From assembly GCA_965248355.1 (NCBI GenBank), contig OZ252098.1, positions 1,390,098 through 1,454,097 on the forward strand: a stretch of 64,000 bases of DNA. Reading direction: 5' to 3'. Below the pieces are notes generated by a model. That model searched no databases. It worked only from the letters and a program-made list of their open reading frames with translations, and had not been told where the DNA came from. This DNA is from Candidatus Latescibacterota bacterium (GTDB lineage: Bacteria; Latescibacterota; UBA2968; UBA8231). Every line of letters starts with the position of its first letter. Positions within the stretch are counted from its first letter, which is position 1. A program made the position numbers and the translations under genes. Shown here piece by piece: positions 45,809 to 54,600 of this stretch.

Positions 45809-46755
45809 CAACGCCCAAGGGCCAAACAGAACACGCACTGATCGGCGAAGTCGAAAAGCTGATCGATGAAGGAGCGCGGCTCTACGAGAAGGAAACGGAG
45901 GAGTTTCCCCGCCTCCACTTCGACCGGCATCTCTACCAGCCCCTGTTGGTTGAGAAGAGCGACAAGGTAAAGACGGCGCCCCCGGCGTTGAACCAGAGCG
46001 AACAGCGGTTCGTGAAGGATCTGAAAGCCCACTGGAAAGCCGAACGCGACCGATCCCTCGCCGGGATGGAACTGTTCCTCCTGCGGAATCTGAGCCGTGG
46101 GGTCGGCGTTGGCTTCTTTGAGACAAGAGGCTTCTATCCTGACTTCATCCTCTGGATCAAGAAGGGGGAGCAACAGCACATCGTCTTTGTGGAGCCGCAC
46201 GGAATGATCCACGCAGAAGCATACCAGCACGACGACAGGGCCCGGCTTCACGAAAGGCTGGCGGAGTTGACAAGGGAACTCGGCAATGAGAATGTGACCT
46301 TGGACTCCTACATCATTTCCGCAACTCGTTACGACGACCTTCGCAAGAGGTACGACGACGGTTCATGGGACATGGAGAGATTTGCAGGGGCGCATATTCT
46401 GTTTGCGGAAGACTGCTACATCAAGAGGATCTTTCAGGGAGTTTGCCAGGCAAGGCTGCACTTCCCTGAAGACAGAATCGCCGAATTCTGCCGGCGCCAT
46501 CACATCCGGCGCATGGCCCTGTTCGGCTCGGTTCTCCGCGACGACTTCACCTCCGAAAGCGACGTCGATGTGCTGGTGGAGTTCGCGCCCGGCCAAACGC
46601 CGGGACTGGCCTTCATCACCATTCAGGACGAGTTGTCGGAGATATTCGGCCAGCGAGTGGATCTGCACACCTTCAGCGGAATCGAGGGAAGCCGGAACCG
46701 GTTGCTTCGGGAGGAGATTCTCAAGTCTGCGGAGATTCGGTATGAGCAGGCGTGA
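45805..46755 (+). CDS. Fusion of an uncharacterised N-terminal domain (about 200 aa) with a C-terminal MntA-type minimal nucleotidyltransferase (antitoxin-like)
   Basis: C-terminal 'RRMALFGSVLRDDFTSESDVDVLVEF' MNT signature (GS...D.D). The N-terminal part has no recognised motif. ATGA overlap with the AKR stop. Confidence 0.6.
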   Translation: MTTPKGQTEHALIGEVEKLIDEGARLYEKETEEFPRLHFDRHLYQPLLVEKSDKVKTAPPALNQSEQRFVKDLKAHWKAERDRSLAGMELFLLRNLSRGVGVGFFETRGFYPDFILWIKKGEQQHIVFVEPHGMIHAEAYQHDDRARLHERLAELTRELGNENVTLDSYIISATRYDDLRKRYDDGSWDMERFAGAHILFAEDCYIKRIFQGVCQARLHFPEDRIAEFCRRHHIRRMALFGSVLRDDFTSESDVDVLVEFAPGQTPGLAFITIQDELSEIFGQRVDLHTFSGIEGSRNRLLREEILKSAEIRYEQA

Positions 46756-47086
46756 TGACCGGGTAAGCCTGGTCGATATGCTCATCTACGCCAGGGAAGC
46801 CGTCGCCTTGTCCGGGCAGAAAAGTCTGAAGGACCTGGAAAAGGATCGGGTTGTTCAGCTCGCCCTGCAGAAACTGGTGGAGATTGTCGGCGAAGCGGCC
46901 AATCGCGTTTCCCAGGAGACACAGCAAGGTCATCTGGAAATCCCTTGGCCCCAAATCATCGGAATGCGCAACCGCCTGGTTCACGGCTACGATGAGGTCA
47001 ATCTCGAGATCCTGTGGAAGATTGTTGAGACTGACTTCCCTCCACTCATCCAGCAACTGGAAGAGATCGTTGGAGACGAGCCATAG
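46742..47086 (+). CDS. hepT: HepT-like HEPN (DUF86) toxin
   Basis: 'RNRLVHGYDEVNLEILWKIV' R-x4-6-H HEPN motif. Overlaps the MNT gene by 14 bp. Confidence 0.7.
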   Translation: MSRRDDRVSLVDMLIYAREAVALSGQKSLKDLEKDRVVQLALQKLVEIVGEAANRVSQETQQGHLEIPWPQIIGMRNRLVHGYDEVNLEILWKIVETDFPPLIQQLEEIVGDEP

Positions 47087-47124
47087 CGGCACTTGCCGCC
47101 CCGGACCGGGGGCGGCGATGTTTC
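47087..47124. promoter_or_regulatory. 38-bp bipartite motif R2 (copy of R1 architecture) immediately after hepT
   Basis: 'cggcacttgccgc' + 15 nt + 'gcgatgtttc', identical in spacing to R1. Confidence 0.4.
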
Positions 47125-47139
47125 GGGCGAGGGCGATCC

Positions 47140-47594
47140 TACCACCACAAGACCGGAAGCCGGAACGCGTCCTCCGGGAGGCGCAGGTCGACGTCATCAT
47201 CGTAACCCTCAACTTCGACGACCACCACACCTACGGCTTCGACCGCACCGTGCTGCCCCTGGCGGCGGAGCGCAACGTCGGCGTGGCGGCCATGAAGGTC
47301 TACGGCGGCGCCGAGGCGATGGAGTACCGCACCGGTGAGGACGAGGACGGGCGCCCCTCCGCCCTGGAGGCAAACGCGCGGGACTTCGACCACGAGAGAG
47401 CCTTCCGCTGGGCCCTCGGCCTGCTTGGCGTCGGGGTCGCCGTGATCGGCATGTACTCGGAGAAGGAGCTGGACCACAACATCGAGTGGGCCCGCCGCTG
47501 GCAGCCGCTCACGGCGGAGGAGGAGGCGCAATTGCTGGAGGAGGGCCGGCGCATCGCCCGCTCCTGGGGCGACCACTACGGGGACCTGCTGTGA
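47140..47594 (+). pseudogene. Orphan, roughly 90%-identical duplicate of the 3' 455 bp of the AKR gene (45353–45808)
   Basis: Nucleotide and protein alignment: 'RVLREAQVDVIIVTLNFDDHHTYGFDRTVLPLAAERNVGVAAMKVYGGAEAMEY...' vs copy 1 '...REAEVDVIMVALNFVDHHTYGFDRTVLPLAAERNVGVAAMKVYGGAEAMEY...'. No 5' half. Confidence 0.7.
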
Positions 47595-47836
47595 CCCTCT
47601 CCGCTTTGCGGCGGGAGCCGCCCGAGGGCCGCGCCGACTTCGTCAGGGAGATCGCCGACGACGTGAGCCGGCGCATCCGCGAGGGCCTCGTGGCCGAGGC
47701 CGAGGCCCGGGAGTTGGCCGCGGGTCTGCGCTTTCAGGCGGGACTGCTGCTGCCGGGCCGCCTGGAGGCGTTCGACCGCATCTACGGCTCCCGCTTCGAG
47801 CGCCTGATCCGCCAGTTCCTGCGCGGGGAGAGCTGA
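47591..47836 (+). CDS. Hypothetical small protein (GTG start overlapping the AKR-fragment stop)
   Basis: 81-aa ORF with coding-like codon bias. No motif. Confidence 0.3.
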   Translation: MTLSALRREPPEGRADFVREIADDVSRRIREGLVAEAEARELAAGLRFQAGLLLPGRLEAFDRIYGSRFERLIRQFLRGES

Positions 47837-47964
47837 AGGCGACGGCGGTGGTCCCTATGCGTTCGGGTATCGTCGACACCAGCCGGCCCGTCTTGCGAGG
47901 TAGGAGGACAGCGCCGAGCGTTGATGAAGTTGGCTCATCGATCGGATGAGGGAAGCTCGGGTTT

Positions 47965-48756
47965 CTACGGTAACAGAACTGGCTTCAGATCAAACCTGTT
48001 CCCATCGGTGCTCATTTGATAGAGTGGTATATCGGGCATTTCCTTGAGAAGAGCAAGAACCGTCTCGATGTCTGAACGGGAAGCACGTATACCGAAGGTG
48101 ATGGACCGTACGCGTGCATCCGTACTCTTTTCACGGACGAGTTCTCCGGGCTCTTTTGAAAAGAAAACTAGCCGCCACTCAAGCTCGTACCTCCAGCACG
48201 GAGCTTTCGTGTACAGAATCTTATTCATGAAGCCCACAGGGTCTTCAAAGAAACTGAGATCCTCGGTTATTGGACGCCTGTTACTGTATTCGACCCTCCT
48301 GCATGCACTTCCTCCCAGGTCGTTGTTGGGCGTGCGTTCGTATTCGATACAGATACCCCTGTGGTTGTCGGCGTAGTGAGACCACATAAGCACTTCGAAC
48401 GGCGTAGCACTGAGCGAAGCAACACCACAAGTCCGTATTGCTTCCTGCATCCACGAGAGGGCTTCAATCATCTTCTGTCTCTCGTCATGCACATTGTCAA
48501 CGGTGTAGTTCTCCGGTTCGCCCTTGGATCGTGCGCATTCGTTCAAGTGGGCGGCAATGTCCGCGTCCGAAAATGAAGGCTTGAAGACAGAAAGTGTATC
48601 AAAGGGATCATTGAATGAGCGGGGCTTGGCGAGCCAGAGAATCCCTTTGACCAAGCTCGATATGGAATGTTTGTCAATGGGGCAGTACCTAAACAGTGAA
48701 GTAGGGTTGTCCGAAGAGATTTCCTCTCTTGAAATCAAGACTGCATTCCTCCTCAA
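47965..48756 (-). CDS. DUF2971-family protein (low-GC)
   Basis: 'LMWSHYADNHRGICIEY' DUF2971 signature. GC is about 50% against a 70% background. Confidence 0.5.
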   Translation of the reverse strand: MRRNAVLISREEISSDNPTSLFRYCPIDKHSISSLVKGILWLAKPRSFNDPFDTLSVFKPSFSDADIAAHLNECARSKGEPENYTVDNVHDERQKMIEALSWMQEAIRTCGVASLSATPFEVLMWSHYADNHRGICIEYERTPNNDLGGSACRRVEYSNRRPITEDLSFFEDPVGFMNKILYTKAPCWRYELEWRLVFFSKEPGELVREKSTDARVRSITFGIRASRSDIETVLALLKEMPDIPLYQMSTDGNRFDLKPVLLP

Positions 48757-48831
48757 AGAAAGTGCCTGGCAAGGAGAGGCTTGGATTTCCTCTTCGCAGT
48801 CCTGACGGTTCCGCCGCCCCGGCGGTAACCC

Positions 48832-51504
48832 TCAGAACGCCGTCGCCGAGACCGCCTTGGCGATCATCAGCGTGGCGGCGCAGAACATGCCCACCAGGGA
48901 CATGCCCACCCCGAAGCCGACGGCCAGGACCATGGCGTACTGGCGCCACTGCTGGCGGCCGTAGCGCGGCCAGAAGTAGTGCTTGGCGATGAGGGCGCCG
49001 ATGACCTCGGTGAACATGGCGAAGAAGGTCGCCGCGCCCGCCGAGGCCACGCCCCGGATGAAGCCCCAGACGAAGAACATGGGCATGCCGAGGAACCCGA
49101 GGATCGAGTAGAGGCCCAGGCCGAAGACCAGGCCCACGACCATGATGGGCCACTTCACGCCCTTCGTGGGGTGGCCCAGGTCCTCGTCGATCTCGCCGTC
49201 GCCGTCGTCGTCCTTCTGGTTGAGGACCTCCTCGTCGGCCAGGCCGTCGAAGTCCTCGTCGCGGCCGTCGCCCGTCGACTTCGGGTCCTTCCAGAAGATC
49301 TGGAAGAACATGGGGGTCTCCAGCGAGCCCTGGAAGAAGTCGCCCCGGAAGCCGGGATGCGTGTCCAGCTCGAAGAGACAGACCACCTCGCGGTCGTGCC
49401 AGGCCTCCGGCAGGCGCACGCGCAGCATGGTCTCGGCCTGGGCCACCACGCCGCCGTCGGCGGGAGACAGCCGCAGGGGCCGCGGCAGGTCCGGGTTGGT
49501 CCTGCTGTCCGGGGGCGGCTCGAGCAGGACCGGCTGCTGCCGGTCGGCGCCGGCGCCGGGGAAGTCGGTGTAGAAGTACCCCGTCGCCGACCAGGGCCCG
49601 TAGCGCCGCAGCCCGGGATTCTGGATCTGCACCTCGTCGGAGACCCGGACGCGCCAGTAGTAGAGGGAACGGTCCTTCAGGTTGGCCGGGCTCCAGGCCA
49701 CCTCTCCCGGGGGCAGGACGCGGCCCTCCACCTCTTCCCCCGCCTCGTAGGTGAGGCTGTACTGGGTCGCCGAGAACCGCACCGCCTCCTGGAAGGCGCG
49801 GGCGGGCCAGAAGGTCTGCACGTAGGGGTAGGCGTCGGAGGGGATGGGAGCCAGCTTCCACAGGAAGCTCCAGTACATCAGGCTGGCGCCGAGGACGATG
49901 GGCACCATGACCAGCTCCGCCTTCAGCAGGCTGGTGAAGCGCATCCCCGTCAGCTCGATGATGCGGAAGGTCTCGGCGTTGCCGCCGAAGTCGGCCCCCG
50001 CCAGGGGCACGAACCAGATCTCGACGCCGCGGTACCCGGTGAGAAAGACGATCGCCTCGTGCAGGTGCGGGATCTGCACGTTCTGCCCGATCAAGCCGTC
50101 CAACCGCGCCGAGACGAAGGACATGATGGGGGCGTAGACGAAGGCGAGGACCAGCATCACCACCAGGATGCCGGTGGTGACCAGCGACGGGAACAGGGTC
50201 TTGGCCAGGAGGAGGGGATAGGCGGCGGCGAGGAAGAACAGGCTGAGGCAGATCCACACCGGGAAGTCGCCCCGGTTGAGATGCTTCACGCAATAGCCGC
50301 GGATGCGGGACGGCTCATGGCACTCCGGGTGCCGGCAGACGTCGGGGTCGTGGCCTTGGGCCTCCGCCTCGGACCGGTCCTCCCGGTGCTCCCGGGTGCC
50401 GCGCACCACCTGCACCAGGGAGATGATGGTGGTGGCGAAGATGACGCCCAGCCCGAAGGGCTGCCAGAAGTCGACGCCGGCGGTGATCTGCGTCTGCACG
50501 GCGCCCATGCCCGGCACCCAGTGGGGCATGAACCCGTAGTGGTGCAGCAGCGGCGACAGGACGATGAAGGAGACGACCGCGGCGAAGGAGCCCATGACGC
50601 TGTAGAACGGCAGCAGCAGGCCGGCGAAGATCGGCGACAGGCTGAAGCTGATGGCGATCGGCGTGGCCCCGAGGTAGCGCCCCAGGGTCGGGGTGAGGTC
50701 GGCGAAGGGGATGGGCAGGATCGTGACCTTGGTGCCGGCGAAGACCTCGGTGAGGGACGGGATCCCCACGTAGACGAAACCGAAGACGAGGCCGATCGCC
50801 CCCCCCATGGTGAAGCAGGGCCACTTCCAGGTCTGCTTCTCCGAGCCGCTCTCCTCGGCCAGGGCCATGGCCCCGAGGGCGGCCTGGGGCGCCGTGGGGA
50901 AGGGCAGGCGCTCGCGGTCGGAGACCAGCCGGAAGAGGACGTACCCGGAGGTGAACCAGGTGATGCGGCCGACGATGATGCCCAGCACCAGCAGGGCGAT
51001 GGGCAGGGCCCAGTCCATGTGGAGGAAGGTGCGCTGCAGGATCGCCTCGGAGTCGGGCGGCGGCGAGAACCACCCGTACCCGAGCCACTTCAGGCCCACC
51101 AGCTTCTCCGTGAGGCCGAACTGGGCGGCCTCCTGGGAGCCGACGAAGTACTGCCGCCAGATCAGCTGCAGGAAGGTGCCGGTCTCGGCGCGCACGATCA
51201 GCTGCGAGGCGACGTAGGTGAGCAGGAAGATCTCCTGCCGCCTCAGGGTCGTGAAGGAGCGCTTGGCGATCTCCAGGAAGAGGATCACCGTCACCCACTG
51301 GGCCGCGTCGCCGATGCCGATGCCGGTCACCAGCGACAGGTACATCTGGCCCGGGGTCATGATGAAGGCGATGAACAGCACCCCCACCAGGGTCTTGATG
51401 GTGTACCCGTGCTCGAAGCGTTCCGGCGCCTGCAAGAGATCCCGGTATTCGTTGATCTCCTGGTACTGGCGCTCTCGCTTCGTCTGTCGGGATTTTTCCG
51501 CCAT
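48832..51504 (-). CDS. 890-aa polytopic membrane protein (at least 12 TM). Possibly an OPT-superfamily transporter with an inserted cytoplasmic Cys4 zinc-ribbon and a large extracytoplasmic domain.
   Basis: N-terminal 'YTIKTLVGVLFIAFIMTPGQMYLSLVTG' resembles the OPT-family entry motif. 'CRHPECHEPSRIRGYCVKH' is zinc-ribbon-like. Many hydrophobic helices. Confidence 0.45.
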   Translation of the reverse strand: MAEKSRQTKRERQYQEINEYRDLLQAPERFEHGYTIKTLVGVLFIAFIMTPGQMYLSLVTGIGIGDAAQWVTVILFLEIAKRSFTTLRRQEIFLLTYVASQLIVRAETGTFLQLIWRQYFVGSQEAAQFGLTEKLVGLKWLGYGWFSPPPDSEAILQRTFLHMDWALPIALLVLGIIVGRITWFTSGYVLFRLVSDRERLPFPTAPQAALGAMALAEESGSEKQTWKWPCFTMGGAIGLVFGFVYVGIPSLTEVFAGTKVTILPIPFADLTPTLGRYLGATPIAISFSLSPIFAGLLLPFYSVMGSFAAVVSFIVLSPLLHHYGFMPHWVPGMGAVQTQITAGVDFWQPFGLGVIFATTIISLVQVVRGTREHREDRSEAEAQGHDPDVCRHPECHEPSRIRGYCVKHLNRGDFPVWICLSLFFLAAAYPLLLAKTLFPSLVTTGILVVMLVLAFVYAPIMSFVSARLDGLIGQNVQIPHLHEAIVFLTGYRGVEIWFVPLAGADFGGNAETFRIIELTGMRFTSLLKAELVMVPIVLGASLMYWSFLWKLAPIPSDAYPYVQTFWPARAFQEAVRFSATQYSLTYEAGEEVEGRVLPPGEVAWSPANLKDRSLYYWRVRVSDEVQIQNPGLRRYGPWSATGYFYTDFPGAGADRQQPVLLEPPPDSRTNPDLPRPLRLSPADGGVVAQAETMLRVRLPEAWHDREVVCLFELDTHPGFRGDFFQGSLETPMFFQIFWKDPKSTGDGRDEDFDGLADEEVLNQKDDDGDGEIDEDLGHPTKGVKWPIMVVGLVFGLGLYSILGFLGMPMFFVWGFIRGVASAGAATFFAMFTEVIGALIAKHYFWPRYGRQQWRQYAMVLAVGFGVGMSLVGMFCAATLMIAKAVSATAF

Positions 51505-51672
51505 CAGGCCACCTGTCGCAGGGCGAGATCAGCCAACAAGAGTTTCGCGCCAGCGAAACTCGCAACAAAGCCGCGCAGCGGCTTTGCGATCTCCTGGTAC
51601 TGGCGCTCGCGCTTCGTCTGTCGGGGTTTTTCCGCCATCAGGCCGCCTGTCGCAGGGCGGGATCAACCCACA
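51461..51672. repeat. Tandem direct duplication (about 85 bp ×2, 45-bp spacer) of the 5' end and leader of the 890-aa gene, with hairpins in the spacer
   Basis: 51461–51545 and 51590–51672 are roughly 90% identical. Copy B encodes a decoy 'MAEKPRQTKRERQYQEI...' start. The spacer holds a 9-bp-stem hairpin (gagtttcgc/gcgaaactc) and an 8-bp-stem hairpin. Confidence 0.6.
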
Positions 51673-51693
51673 CGCGCAGCGGCTTTGCGCGTT

Positions 51694-54600
51694 TCACGAG
51701 ATCTCCTCCACCGGGTCCAGCTCCAGCTCGCCCGCCGGCAGGGACACCTCCCGGCAGTGGACGGCGTGCTCCTCCTGGATATCCGTCTTCAGCGTCTGCC
51801 ACACCAGGAACCGCTTCCGCATCTCCAGCATGAAGCCGAGGTTGAGGCGCTGCCAGAAGGCCACGGGCCCGCTCACGCGCTCGATGTAGAGCTGGATCTC
51901 GCAGATCGACGGATTGCCCGTGGGCGCGATGGTGAACTGCAGGTACTGGCTCACCCCCATGTCGAAGGGCGCCAGCCACAGCAGCAGCTGCACGGCGCGC
52001 TCCCCCTCCTCGACGACGATGCGCGTGCGCTCGGTGTACATGTGCCCCACCGATTCGTGGCCGTACGAGCAGAAGAAGGAGTGGAGGTACCCGCACAGGG
52101 AATCCACGGCCTTCACGTTGACGGTGAAGGGGAAGGGAAAGCGCCAGACGTCGTCCTCGGGATCGGGCAGCTGCCAGCGGCGCACCACGTCGGGGACGGC
52201 CAGCTGCGCCGCCGTCCGGGCGGGGTAGACGCTGGACAACAGGACCACGGCGATCACCAGCAGGGCCGAGCCGATGGCCGCCGTGGAGGAGTAGTTGAGG
52301 GAGACCCCGCCGAGCAGGCCCAGGGAGAGCAGCACCTTGCCTCCCACCTGGCCGAGGACGTAGCCGATGACCACGCCGAGGACGCCGTAGACGCAGGACT
52401 CGGCGACGAAGAGGAAGGCGATGTGGACCGGCGCCAGCCCCACCGAGGAGTAGACGCCGATCTCGCGGAAGCGCTCGTAGACCGCCCCCATCATGGTGTT
52501 GAGGACGATCAGGGCGGCGATCAGGATGGGGATGACGAGGGCGCCGAGGCCCTCCACGCTGGTCAGGCCGATGCTGCTGTAGGCGTAGGTCCTCGGCTCG
52601 CCCTCCTCGTCGGGCATGCCCACGAAGAGGCGGAAGTTGGCCCGCGTGAGGTACTCCTCGATCAGCTGACGGCTCGGCACCTCGTCGTCGAAGGAGATGG
52701 CCACCGACATGAGCTCCGCCCCCAGGCTCTCCAGCCGGGCGTAGGGCATGACGGCCAGCCGGGCGGCGGACAAGTGCTCGTAGCCGACGTCGATGTCGGC
52801 GTCCATGAAGAAGTCGTTCATCATGAACATCTGGTCGAGGCCGGGCATGTTGAACTGCTCGAACTGCTCCTTGGCCGGCGTCAGGGGCTCGTTGTTCAGG
52901 TCCCGCACCTCCTCGAAGAGGAGAGGATCGTAGATCCCCACGACCTGCCACCCCTGGCCGAAGACGCGCACCAGGGGCCCCTCCCCGCGCTCCACCTCCT
53001 CCTCCGAGATGCCGAGCTGCTCCGCCAACGGCGCCGCCAGGATGGTGCTGCTCTCGCCGGGATCGACGAACCAGCGGCCGGCGGTCAGGGCGCGGTCGAT
53101 GCCCGTCACCTCGGGCTCGGCCGGCGTCAGGCCGAGCACGCCGAGAGCGTCCGCCTCCCGCCCCCGGAAGCGCATGGGGATGTAGCCCTCTTCCTCGAAA
53201 CCCATGGTCATCCAGGTGCGCGCCACCACGGTGCCGGCCTCGCCGAAGTGGGAGTGGAGGTAGTCGTAGACCGGCGGCTCCCAGGACCACCAGTGGATGT
53301 CGTGCATGAGGACGCCGCGGTAGAGGGGCTCCCAGTCCTTCTCGAAGCCGACGAAGCGGATGGCCGGCTTGAAGGAGGTGAAGGAGAGGACGGTGAAGGT
53401 CAGCATGGTGATCGTCGTCAGGGTCAGGCCGGTGCGCAGCACCCGGCGGCGCATGTTGGAGATGCCGAGCATGAAGGCCACGTAGGCGGTGCCGGAGCGG
53501 CTGAGGTCGCCGCTGGCGGTGCCCGCCGAGCGCTGGCGCAGCTCGGCCATGTAGGCGTTGAAGCGGGAGACGACGAGGGTGATGACGAAGATGGCCATGG
53601 CCATCACCATGAGCGCCAGCAGCACGATCACCGGGTGGGCCAGCTCGAAGGCCGGGTGCACCTGGGACAGGATCACCCAGATGACGAGCATGATGGCGGT
53701 GAACCAGGCGATCTGGCGGCGGATGTCGGGGGCCGCGAAGAGCAGGCGCTCGGCGAAGAACGCCGCCGGCACCAGGAGGGCGACGAAGAACACGAGGCCG
53801 GTGATGATGTCGTTCTGGGTGCTGCGCACGTCCGGGTAGGCCCGGTACTCCAGGCCGATCGCCTCGCGCACGTACTTGGCGTAGCGCCCCCAGTCGAGCC
53901 CGGCCATGGCCTCCTCGGCCTTCTCCACGGCCACCAGCGCGCGCTGGTGCAGAGCGTCGAGGCGCGGGTTCTCGATGGCGAACTCGCGCATGCGCTCCAT
54001 GCGCACCTCGTCGAGGCGCCACATGTCCCGCGTCGACTGCAGGGTGGCGTACGGGATCATGCGCCGCCGCGACAGGTCGAAGCCGGCCCCCTGGGCGCTC
54101 AGCTCGTCCACGGCGCCGGTGTTGTTGAGCAGCACCATCGACTTGTCCACCAGGCGCAGCGGCTCCTCCGGCGGTCCGTAGAGGACCATCATGCGCTCGA
54201 GGAAATCGCCCATGACGTAGCCGTACTGGCGGGGCACGGCGCCGCGGTCGTCCAGCACCTTCATCCCCCTGTGGGAGTTGCCGAAGGTGAAGTGGAACCC
54301 GGCGTGGATGCGGTCGTGGATCTCGATGCTCTCGGTCTCGAAGAGGATCGTCGTCCACACCGTCTCCGCCTTGGTCAGGCCCTGCCGCCAGGCGCCGATC
54401 TTCTGGGCCCGATCGCCGAGGTCCGTGGCGTAGGTGATCTCCCCCGTCTCTTCATCGAGGAGGAAGGCGTGCACCTCCATCCTCCCCCGGGACAGGCCGT
54501 TGACGGCGTAGTTGCCCTCGTCGTCGGCCAGGGCGATCCAGGGGCGCCACATGTCGGGGTAGTAGTCGTGGAGGAGGACCACGGCGCCGTGGGGCACCGG

